Shown here: positions 53,371-64,000 of the stretch, piece after piece | Numbering within the stretch: the stretch's first letter is position 1 | How the letters are laid out: each line of letters starts with the position of its first letter | NCBI RefSeq assembly: GCF_006345805.1 | Contig: NC_042999.1 | Location: 105,834,001 to 105,898,000, forward strand | Source of the DNA: Octopus sinensis | Taxonomy: Eukaryota | Length of the DNA stretch: 64,000 nucleotides | Reading direction: 5' to 3' | The notes under the pieces: generated by a model | Told to the model about the DNA's origin: nothing | The model's input: only the letters and a program-made list of their open reading frames with translations | The model's database searches: none | Made by a program: the position numbers and the translations under genes

Positions 53371-53851
53371 TGTTTTGTCTTGGTATAAAAGATGGGCTAC
53401 AGCAAATATTCTGCTCAATACCACAGATTTGCTTGTCAGTTGTTTGACTTTAACCAGTTAAGCATTTTTTTTAGTGGCTGACGATATGTGCATCTCTGAT
53501 CACGAGCAGAAGTAGTGGGGGAGCATCATAGCCATGTATTGAAAGGGATTCTTTGGGATTTGAATAATTCACCTCTGGAAACATGGGTGGTTCTTTCAAC
53601 ATACTTAAACAACCCTTATTCAGGGACCTTTTGAGCGGGATGGGCTACTCAACCTGAAGAAAATTCTAACTGGGCCCCACCTGCAAGGTCATGTGCTGTT
53701 TATCTTGATATGAGATCACCATGTCGCGCACATATGGTTGTGATGCGTGTCCCTGGTGTACCCTTATCAGACGGGTAATCATGATGGGTATATTGGGCTT
53801 CGTATATTTTACCCCAGTGTCACTTTGATGGCATGAACTGCTCTCTCACTC
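53371..53851 (+). mobile_element. 555-bp non-coding element in (AAT)n, 5'-truncated copy
   Basis: Reverse complement of 60272-60750 at high identity; (AAT)n on both sides. Confidence 0.85.
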
Positions 53852-53968
53852 AATAATAATAATAATACTAATGCTAATACTACTACTACTACTACTACTA
53901 ATAATAATAATATAATAATAATAATAACAACAATAATAATAATAATAATGATAATAACAACAACGACG

Positions 53969-54007
<39 letters not shown>

Positions 54008-54056
54008 GTAATAATAATAATAATAATAATAATGATAATAATAATAATAATAATAA

Positions 54057-57000
54057 TGAACACCGGGGACGTTTAAGGAGGTGAACACCGGGGACGTTTA
54101 AGATGTAAGAAGGAAAATACAGAGCTCCGAAATCTATCCACAAACATCGAAAACAAGGACACCCTATGGAGCCAAAGATTTACTAACAAAGAATTGGACT
54201 ATATCCGAGTAAGTAATACTAATTGAAATTTATTACTATTTTCGAAACGAAATGATGTATTTTAACTCGATATTATCTCCACCTCTAACACAACACATGT
54301 AAACATGCGTGGAACAACACGATCATCCCCGACCTCAAACACCATGTACAAAGGAACTACGAAGAAATTAAATGCCACCGATACTATTCAACCGAAGAAT
54401 AACAATTGAGCGGTACGTACATTAAACCTACAACAAAAAATGTACGAAAAACTACACGTGCGAAATAATGTGACAACAGAAATAAACGGACCGGTACCCT
54501 ACGAAAATGACGACCGTCAAAATAATGGGCCGGACGTTGTACCTCATGTCCCGGAAATAAAACCCAAAAGACGTAAATGGACACGTGAGGAATACATTTC
54601 TATCTTACACGCATACTTCACAGCAATGCTCTACCCACAAAATGAAAATACAACAACACATACATATAAAATATGGAAGGAAAATAATAGAGATATAGAC
54701 TTGGATACAGCAATGAACCCTAATAAATTAGCTAACGTACGAAGATACATTCTCAAAGCCAAAAAGATATCAGAAATAGAAATAGAACATTTAAAAGAAA
54801 AAATACACCAGGAAAATGTAGATAGAAGCCACACAACAATGCCCAATAATATAAACACTGAAACTGTAAAAAACGAAGACAAACGCAACATTCCCAACAA
54901 ACACGATGTAAACAACGAAGAGGAGCCTAATGATTATGATAATATAAAAAATACAATAATCAAAGAACTGAAAACCACAGAGCCCAAAATGGACCACCGA
55001 CCATACCTCCCAAGAATAAAAATAAACGCAATAACAACACCAATTATAAACAACATAAACCTAGCCGTCACTGAACTAGCCACTGAAACAAAAAAAGTGA
55101 TATCACTGAACTAAATGACTTGATATACGCAGCAGCCACTGCACCCACAAAAGAAGCTGGATACTCACCCAAACCCGCCCAAACAGGAGTACCACCACCC
55201 AAACAAACCCTGTGGATAAATAACATCCAAAACAAAATATAAAAAAATTAGAAAAGACCTGTCGATTCTTAATGAAATCAGCAAACAAGCAACGCTACTG
55301 AGCAACAAAAAGAGAACAAAAATGCTCCGCAAATACAACATCACAGAAAAAGATTTGCCGGAGATAAAAGAAAAGCTGAAGCAAGATATCCTTGCCAAAG
55401 CTCAAAGGATCCGCCGGTACGAGAAACGCCAACGCTTCTTTGAACAGAACAAAAAGTTCAACTCCGACCCCCAAAAGTTCTACCAAGAACTGGGCAAAAA
55501 TAAAATAGAAGTCACTGCAGCACCGACGGCAGAAGAATTGGAAGAATTCTGGAGAGAAATATGGTCGGCGAACGAACAGCCAAAAAAAAGGAGTATGAAA
55601 ATAACAAACTCGGCATCTGAACAACTTTGGACCCCCATAACTGAAGATGTCACTCAGGCACTGCAAAAACTAAGCAACTGGAAGGCACCTGGGCATGACA
55701 AGATCCCCAACTTCTGGTTGAAATATCTAACAGGAATGCACAAAAAGCTGGCTGAAAACTTTAACAGCATACTAGCAGAGCCAGAGACAATGCCTGAATG
55801 GCTCACGAAGGGGAAAACCATCTTAATTCCCAAATCAAATGAAACAACAAAACCAGAAAACTGCAGACCAATAACCTGCCTCCCTACTATGTTCAAGGCA
55901 TTTACTGCAGTGATATCGCAAAGGCTGAACAAGCACCTGGACGAAAACAAACTGTTCCCAGAAGAGCAGAAAGGATGCCGCAAAGGCTCATATGGCTGTA
56001 AAGATCAACTAATGATTAATAAAGCCATAACTGAAGACAGCCACAGAAAGAAGAAATGCCTCAGTATGGCCTGGATTGACTACAAAAAGGCGTTTGATAG
56101 CATCCCCCACACATGGATCCTCGAAACACTAGCCATTAAAAAAGTAGCACCAACAATCATAAAATTCATAGAGCACTCTATGAATAAATGGCAAACAGTC
56201 CTACACCTCCAAACAAAAGAGGGACTCATGAAAACCAAAAACATCCCCATTAGAAGAGGAATATTCCAGGGAGACACGCTCTCTCCACTCCTTTTCTGCT
56301 TGGCACTGTCACCTCTATCTGATATACTAAATAGAACTGGGTGCGGATATAAATGTTACGGCAAAACGATCAGCCACCTTTTATATATGGATGACCTAAA
56401 ACTATACGCTGCAAATGACAAACAGCTGGAAACATTATTAAAGACAGTTCATGGATTTACCAAAGAAATAGATATGAAATTTGGATTAGAAAAATGCGCC
56501 AAAGTAACCATGTAAAGAGGAAAACTAGTTAAGAGTAACAACATCACACTAGATAAAACCAATGAAATAAAAGAATTAGACCAAAGCCAAACTTACAAAT
56601 ACTTAGGAATCCATGAACTAGATAAGACACAACACACACAAATGAAAGAGAAAATAAAAAAAGAATATTATAGACGAGTTAGATCAATACTAAAAACAGA
56701 GCTCAATGCTAAAAACAAGATAATAGGTATCAACACTTTAGCTGTCCCAGTTATAAGTTACAGCTACAATATCCTTAACTGGACACGAAATGAACTGACC
56801 AAAATAGATAGGAAAACAAGAAAAATACTGACAGGATCTAGGATGCATCACCCAAAATCTGACATAGAAAGACTATATATACAACGTATAGAAGGTGGTA
56901 GAGGCCTTATACAGCTGGAAAACTACTATAAAATAACCACCATAGGACTGCAAAACTACTTACTTCAGAAGGAAGGAAAACTGATCCAGATAGCAGCAAA

Positions 57001-58030
57001 ACACGAGCAAAACAAAAAACTGTTCTCAGTATTTAAGGAAGCTGACAAATACAAACAAGAAATCATACCACCTAATAAACACAAAGAAGAAGAAGAAGAT
57101 GATGAAGAAACAACAAAAGCTATAAAACAAATGAAATCCAAACTAAAAATAGAACAGCAACGAGCCATGATAAAACGATGGCAAGAAAAGCCCCTTCATG
57201 GTACATACTACACTAAACTAAACGCAAAAGAAATAGACAATGGTTGAGAAGCTCAGGACTCAAAGCAGAAACAGAGGGATTTTTAATTGCAGCACAAGAC
57301 CAAAGCCTCCCCACCAGAAATTACCAAAAACATGTAATGAAAAGAAATATAACAAGTAACTGCAGTATATGTGGAGATGGACAAGAAACAATAAATCATA
57401 TTATCTCTAGCTGCCCGGTCATGGCTAAGAAGGAATATATTCACAGACATGACAGAGTTGGAACCTACATACATTGGAAGCTATGTCAACATTATGGAAC
57501 AACAACAGAAAAAAGATGGTATAGGCACACACCAGAAAAGGTCACAGAAAACGAGAAAGCAACCATACTCTGGGATATGCCGATACACACAGATAGAGAA
57601 ATTAAGGCCAACAGACCAGGTAGAGTTGTCAGAGATCATGAAGAAAAAAAATGCTTTCTAATTGATGTATCAATACCGGCAGATGACAACGTGTCTCTAA
57701 AAGAAATGGAGAAACTCTCAAAATACAAAGACCTGGAAATAGAGGTAACTAGAATGTGGAACCTGAAAACAGAAACAATTCCTATCATAGTAGGTGCATT
57801 AGGCATGATAAAAAAATATTCAGACAAATACATAAGAAAAACACCAGGACTTACAAACACATATAACATACAGAAAATTGCACTACTAGGCACTGCACAC
57901 ATCCTACGCAGAAAACTTTCCATACAGTAACCATCAGAGCATCACAACAAATCACAGCACATACCCAAGGCACACAGAGCTGCGCTCGGTAGTGAAGTGA
58001 AAGCACGCTATAAAAATAAAACTACTGAAT
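54057..58030 (+). mobile_element. Near-complete RLE-type non-LTR retrotransposon (R4/Dong-like) inserted in (AAT)n
   Basis: (AAT)n at both ends; ~380-bp 5' region, single disrupted ORF, ~100-bp 3' UTR. Confidence 0.95.
54440..57930 (+). pseudogene. Disrupted single ORF: N-terminal Myb-like region, reverse transcriptase, CCHC knuckle, restriction-like endonuclease
   Basis: RRKWTREEY; QKGCRKGSYGCKDQL, WIDYKKAFDSIPH, RGIFQGDTLSPLLFCL, YMDDLKLYA; CSICGDGQETINHIISSC; RHD; ANRPG..LIDVS..EKLSKY. Frameshift near 55110, TAA at 56513-15, frame change near 57240. Confidence 0.93.
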
Positions 58031-58149
58031 AATAATAATAATAATAGTGTTCAGATTATTCAATCAAACATAATGCCTATTGATTCCCATTGATTTGAAT
58101 TAATCATGCATTATGTCATATCTTCAAGAAAAAAAAACCCCTTTTTTTT

Positions 58150-58293
58150 AGACATTCATTAGTACAACATCACCCCCCCCAAATATATGGCACACTAGGC
58201 ATAACAACAACATGAACTTCCAACCTGTTGTCTCTTGAGGTCTCTGGATGAGAGTTGGAGCCAACTTGTACAAATATAAAGCAATAGTCAAAC

Positions 58294-58297
<4 letters not shown>
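58150..58297 (+). mobile_element. LINE 3' UTR fragment type B
   Basis: Matches 10480-10620 (CAAATATATGGCAC...CATGAACTTCCAAC...TCTCTTGAGGTCTCTGG...GTCAAACATA) then (AAT)n. Confidence 0.8.
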
Positions 58298-58363
<66 letters not shown>

Positions 58364-58387
58364 AATACTAATAATAATAATAATAAT

Positions 58388-58420
<33 letters not shown>

Positions 58421-58425
58421 AATAC

Positions 58426-58486
<61 letters not shown>

Positions 58487-58513
58487 AACAACAACAACAA
58501 CAATAACAATAAC

Positions 58514-58585
<72 letters not shown>

Positions 58586-58621
58586 TAATAATAATAATAA
58601 TAATAATAATATATTATTATA

Positions 58622-59075
58622 AAGGATCAGACAGAAAGGATGTGTTTACTAATTGACATGAGCATTCCCTGTTATCACAATATAGCGGCGAAAGAATTTG
58701 ACAAGATTATTAAATATAAGGACCTGCTAATAGAAATATCAAGGCGACTACAGTACCAATGATTGTAGGATCTCTAGGAATGATAAAAAGGTACTGAAAC
58801 CTATTTGAAAATGATTCCAGGCTTACCATCCCTACAGGAAGTGCAAAAAAATCGTATTAACTGGAACGGCTCATGTACTAAGAAGAGCACTATCGCTGTG
58901 AAAATAACATCCATCGATGAATTTATTTATTTAAAAATTTTAAATACATATTTTATCTGTGAATTTGTGCGTGTAATCTTGGAATGCATACAATGTCCTT
59001 CTCTGCCCTAGGTGTATGGATAACACTCGGCGAGAAACGGAAGAAAATTTGAAGAAAGAAGGAAAAAACAAAACA
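58622..59075 (+). mobile_element. 5'-truncated R4/Dong-like copy (endonuclease C-terminus plus 3' UTR type C)
   Basis: CLLIDMSIP..NIAAKEFDKIIKYKDL, VPMIVGSLGMIK, LKMIPGLPSLQEVQK..GTAHVLRRALS; 3' end matches 10715-10761. Confidence 0.85.
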
Positions 59076-59084
59076 ATAATAATA

Positions 59085-59133
<49 letters not shown>

Positions 59134-59157
59134 TAATTGTTGTTGTTGTTGTTGTTG

Positions 59158-59223
<66 letters not shown>

Positions 59224-59229
59224 GGTTAG

Positions 59230-59790
59230 GCTTGTGTAGAATAGATGATTGCAAAGATAAAACACAAAACAAGTACTTGCAAATGAATGAAACTGAAAAT
59301 AGGTGGATAAAAAAGAGAATACATTGACAATTTCATAGAGAATTTGAAGCTAAGACAGACAGAGAAAAAAGATGGCTATGAATGACTAAAAGTGATATAA
59401 AACCGGAAACTAATCTGTGAAACCTGCTCTAATCTGTGATGCTCAAGAGCGAGCATTAAGAACGAGTTACATCAAAAAGGAATAGACGTTACATCAGAAA
59501 GTGAAAAGTGCAGAATTTGATGCACAAAATGGTGAAATGGTATGGCATAATACCAGTCAATGTACGCCACTAGCCCCCCAAAATATAAAAGACAGCATGA
59601 TAATATAGCAATGATTATCCATAAGACACCAATAAGGGTGGATCACTTACAGAAAATAGCACTGCTTGGAACCACTCGAATACTCCGGATGGTGCTCAAA
59701 AAATAAGAGGTGTTTTTAGTTCACTGGTAGTGAACAGCTGGCACCTTAGTACATCTCCAGCGGTAGAAACTGTGCAAAGACAATAAAATA
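59230..59790 (+). mobile_element. Decayed, internally deleted R4/Dong-like 3' fragment
   Basis: ALICDAQERALRT, SEKCRI, HDNIAMIIH, LQKIALLGTTRILRMVL. Confidence 0.75.
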
Positions 59791-60217
59791 TTTATAATAA
59801 TAGTGTCTTTGATCAGTTTCCAGTATATTATTTATTTATTTATTTAATTATTTCAGAAATTGCAATGAAAACTAAACTATGTTTTAAAGAACGTATAGAT
59901 GACAAAACAATCAAAAACATCTTTCAACACTAAAACAATATCGAAGAGAATAAGAGAAGCAAATAAATATATATAAACTAATGCGGTTAGATAAAAGAGT
60001 CATTTAACATAAATAAAATATAGTATTCATCAGGAAAACTTCATTTCCAGGAGAATCTTCTAATTTTTTTTTTTAATTTTGAAATATTTAATATTTTTGG
60101 TAATTATAATATCCTGCCAAAACTATATCAGTTTTGAACATTTAACTCAAGCAAAAGCAGACGGGGACTAGTAACATCTGTTTAAAGTTTGACATGTGAA
60201 TAAGGATGTTTTATTTC

Positions 60218-60271
<54 letters not shown>

Positions 60272-60825
60272 GAGTGAGAGAGCAGTTCATGCCATCAAAG
60301 TGACACTGGGGTAAAATATACGAAGCCCAATATACCCATCATGACTACCCGTCTGATAAAGGTACACCAGGCACATGCATCACAACCATATGTGCGCGAC
60401 ATGGTGATCTCATATCAAGATAAACAGCACATGACCTTGCAGGTGGGGCCCAGTTAGAATTTTCTTCAGGTTGAGTAGCCCATCCTGCTCAAAAGGTCCC
60501 TGAATAAGGGTTGCTTTAGGATGTTGAACGAAACACCTATGTTTCCAGAGGTGAATTATTCAAACCCCAAAGAATCCCTCTCAACACATGGCCATGATGC
60601 TCCCCCACTACTTCTGCTCGTGATCAGAGATGCACATATCGTCAGCCACTAAGGGACATGCTCAACTGGTTAAGGCCAAACAACTGACAAGCAAATCTGT
60701 GGTATTGAGCAGAATATTTGCTGTAGCCCATCTTTTATACCAAGACAAAACAATGTACATGATAACACTCCCAATCAGTTAAGATCAGAAGCCATGAGAG
60801 CCACTGCCTGGTACTGCATCAGGGC

Positions 60826-60826
<1 letters not shown>
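60272..60826 (-). mobile_element. 555-bp non-coding element, longest copy, in (ATT)n
   Basis: Homologous to 53371-53851 and 10811-10932; flanked by (ATT)n, i.e. (AAT)n on its own strand. Confidence 0.85.
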
Positions 60827-60858
<32 letters not shown>

Positions 60859-60888
60859 CATTATTATTATTATTATTATTATTATTAA

Positions 60889-60958
<70 letters not shown>

Positions 60959-60971
60959 AATAATATTATTA

Positions 60972-61021
<50 letters not shown>
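60827..61021. repeat. (ATT)n microsatellite
   Basis: Direct reading. Confidence 0.95.
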
Positions 61022-62074
61022 TTCTCCAGTTAAAGCACCTGAATAAGGAGATAAAAACCAATATCACCAAAACAAATACTGCTATATTTTCAGCGTTATA
61101 AACTTGTTTCATAATGTGTGAAATGCTTCACTAAATACTACCTTTCACGTACACTGGTGAGTCGAAGAACCATATGACACCGGTAACGATTACAATGATG
61201 ATGATAATGATGTTGATAATGATGATGATGATGATGAAGTTGAGAATGAGAATGACGATAATGAGGCAGAAGGGGAGAATGATGATAAAGATGTTGATGA
61301 TGACTAGGCTCAACGAGGATGAGCACATTCCTAATACGGAAACAGATAGAAAATATACAGGATACCGAGAAATATATGAAAATTATAAATAGGATGGGGA
61401 CTCACATCTATTAGATTGTGAATAAATTAAAATAAATACCAGTATATCACAAATAATAAAGCTTCTCCTGACATGGGAAGGAAACTATAAAGAGGAATTT
61501 GGAATTTGGAAAAAGAGTACCCTTGAGAAACAAAACATTTGGCCTATAAATTGTGGCAGCATATTATACCACCCCGCTTATATTTTAGATCACTAGGCGC
61601 ACATACATAGAAGGTAATATCTGCCGCGAAGCAAAAGAGCGTCGGAAACGTGTGTATCTTTATGCAGCGTGATTCAAAGAGTGAATCATGGATGTTTTGA
61701 TGACAGAAACTTAAAAAACATCAATATGGCATTGATCAATCACGAAAAACAACTGAAAATTCGCTGGAGTTTGAAGATACGGTCAGTTTATCAGTTTGAA
61801 TGGACATTTCATATAATTTATGCCACATTAGTATAGAGAATAACGTATCACCACAGAAGAAAGAGAAAATTATTAACGACATATATCTATTCCAATTCCT
61901 ACTTTGTATTCGCTTACAACTTATAATATATAAGTGTTATAAACATGTGCAACACCACTGCTGAAGGTAACGATTCATTACAATTATATTTCAGTTATTT
62001 AATATAGAATAAAGAACGAATGCAATCGCAGACTAGAAATGTCCAAATGTTTACTGAAACAATATGAGAATTCA

Positions 62075-62500
62075 AATACATAAAGTACAACACAACAAAC
62101 CGATAGAAATAATTTAACTGCATGGCCAATTCACCCAACAACCAGAAAAATATTGAAAAATATAACTACTGGTTAAGTCTGACAGGCGGTAAGCTGAAAG
62201 GAACGACCCAGGCGCTAATTACATCTACTGAGAGACAAGACTTTATGGCGAATCTGATAAAGAAATATATAGGCAGAATTTAGTCAGAGAGTACAGGTAG
62301 AAACTGAAGGAGACGAAAGTATTAAACATCTCCTGAATGAATGCATTAGGCTAGCACACAATGATTACTAAAGCAGACATGACAGTAGGTAAAACAGTGC
62401 CATAACAGAGTACGTGGTTTGGAAATAACAGGAAAACTGTATGAACAAATGCCAAAAGATTTTTATTGAGAAGTATTACAGGATGATTTTATGTGAGAAC
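62075..62500 (+). mobile_element. Very decayed RLE-LINE fragment
   Basis: HGQF, GKLKGTTQALIT, ESIKHLLNEC..LAHNDY*SRHD remnants. Confidence 0.6.
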
Positions 62501-64000
62501 GGATATGATAATGCAGAGCAAAAGAAACAAACTGTATATTTTTCAATTCTTTGGAAGACCTCGAGGATATTCAAAGACTTGCACTTACAAATATGTTTTC
62601 CTATTTCTTACGAGGGAATTTCAAAATGTTTTATATAATTCTTTGTATTTTTGCACACAATCAACTTTCGCTCTTTGACTTTCCAGAACAATAACTTAAC
62701 TCATTTTTCTTATCATATAACTAAAATACTTCCCTTATACTTTTCGCAGATATTCCATGAAATTTCTTAATAGATAAATGGTAATGTACCCCATATCATG
62801 GACGCTCACCTCTTTCTTTCTTAGTGACTTGTGTGGGAAGTAGAGGAAGATCTCGATTATTTCAAAATTATTACTTTGGCAATTTTTATATTGTCTTCTT
62901 TGCAACAAAAACTTATGTTTATTTCAAGGCAACCAAGAGTCAACATTTATAGGATAACTATCTACCGTCCTTCGCATTATTATTGAAACAGTTATTTAAC
63001 CTCTTTGATATATGCTAATTAAAGCAAATTATTCTACTAAAGTCGAATACTAAATGCAAAAATAACAAACCATACAGTAGGGAACTAGTAGATCTTAAAT
63101 TATAAGTAAATTATACTACCAAAATTATTTAATCTAAATGTTTAGAATCATTAACGGCAGAACTCATGCGATTGCTGAAGTTTTACGATCAAATGCATGT
63201 TTGCAACCATGAGTTATAATTGAGTAAAAAAACAAGATGTTATCACCGAGTTCACCAGCTGAAACATTTCATATTAACTGATTAGTAGTTATGTAAATTT
63301 TCAATTAAAATAATCATGTTGTTTCTGCTATTTGACTTCTAGATCTTTTCGAATTTATGTAGCCCAGGTAAGGCAGTAAACTAACAGAATCGTTTGTACA
63401 TTGGACAAAATGTTTAGCAGCATTTTATCGGAGACGATCAAGTAAGTATCATTTGAGAAGTGGGACAGTTATAATTGACATGCCAATTACCCCAAATTTC
63501 TATGCTATGTATCTACAACAGGAAATGTATTAGGTATCCGAATATTTCAGTTTGACGAAACACCTGTCTACATTCAGTCTGTGATATAAGGTTCTGTTGT
63601 ATTTGTACAGCTTATCATAAGCCGAAAATTAATTAAATAGCAAGTCAGAGATAATGAGCAACTTTAGTGTGTAGATCTCTATATTTTGAAATCAGGATCA
63701 ATTAAACGAGGTAAATTATGTGTTCGAGAAGAGTTACATTGATTTACAGGAATAGATGCAGTCAAGAAATAATTATTTCTACTCCGTATATCATGTGGAA
63801 TATCCAGCGTTTCACTTATTGACGTAGTAAATAATATACTTCACTAATCATATTAATCTTCTTGTTATTTAAGGATCATTGCTAAACAAAACCCCTTGGG
63901 AATGTTTCATTATTGACACATATTCTTAAGTGTTTTATCTAAGTGATAAATTCTTCTTTCTTAGTAAAATGTGGTTTCGAAGCTAAAGAGGAAAATGCTC

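Noticed and set aside
60700-60826. HDV-like ribozyme at the head of the 555-bp element
   Set aside because: Could not build the nested double pseudoknot (P2/P3/L3) by eye.
3395-61392. Dozens of ORFs rich in YI/IY, poly-I, poly-L, poly-Y, poly-N or poly-M
   Set aside because: They are translations of (TA)n, (CA)n, (AAT)n and (GAT)n microsatellites, not genes.
62609-62640. TACGAGGGAATTTCAAAATG mariner-TIR-like start
   Set aside because: No partner TIR or transposase remnant found.

Overview
AT-rich, microsatellite-dense, repeat-dominated eukaryotic DNA with no recognisable intact host gene. The repeat complement (tRNA-derived SINEs, mariner relics, RLE-type LINEs in (AAT)n, TTAGGG-like motifs) suggests an octopus/cephalopod genome, which is an inference. 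Transposon content: three mariner elements (one full-length, 38240-39528), a pogo-like relic, two long-TIR non-autonomous elements with 8-bp TSDs, an RTE LINE relic, and R4/Dong-like LINE copies in (AAT)n arrays (near-complete copy 54057-58030). The main hidden structure is a set of fold-back (inverted) insertions in (TA)n tracts whose arms carry type I hammerhead ribozyme (HHR) motifs on both strands. Family 1 (14.6-15.9 kb) has four intact-looking HHRs with an unusual 58-nt insertion in helix II. Family 2 (41.7-45.4 kb) has three intact and one core-mutated HHR. A dispersed minimal-HHR-like repeat has U instead of A at core position 6. These resemble non-autonomous Penelope-like pLTR or retrozyme-like elements. 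Most ORFs in the supplied track are microsatellite artefacts. All alignments and folds were done by eye; nothing was computed or searched.
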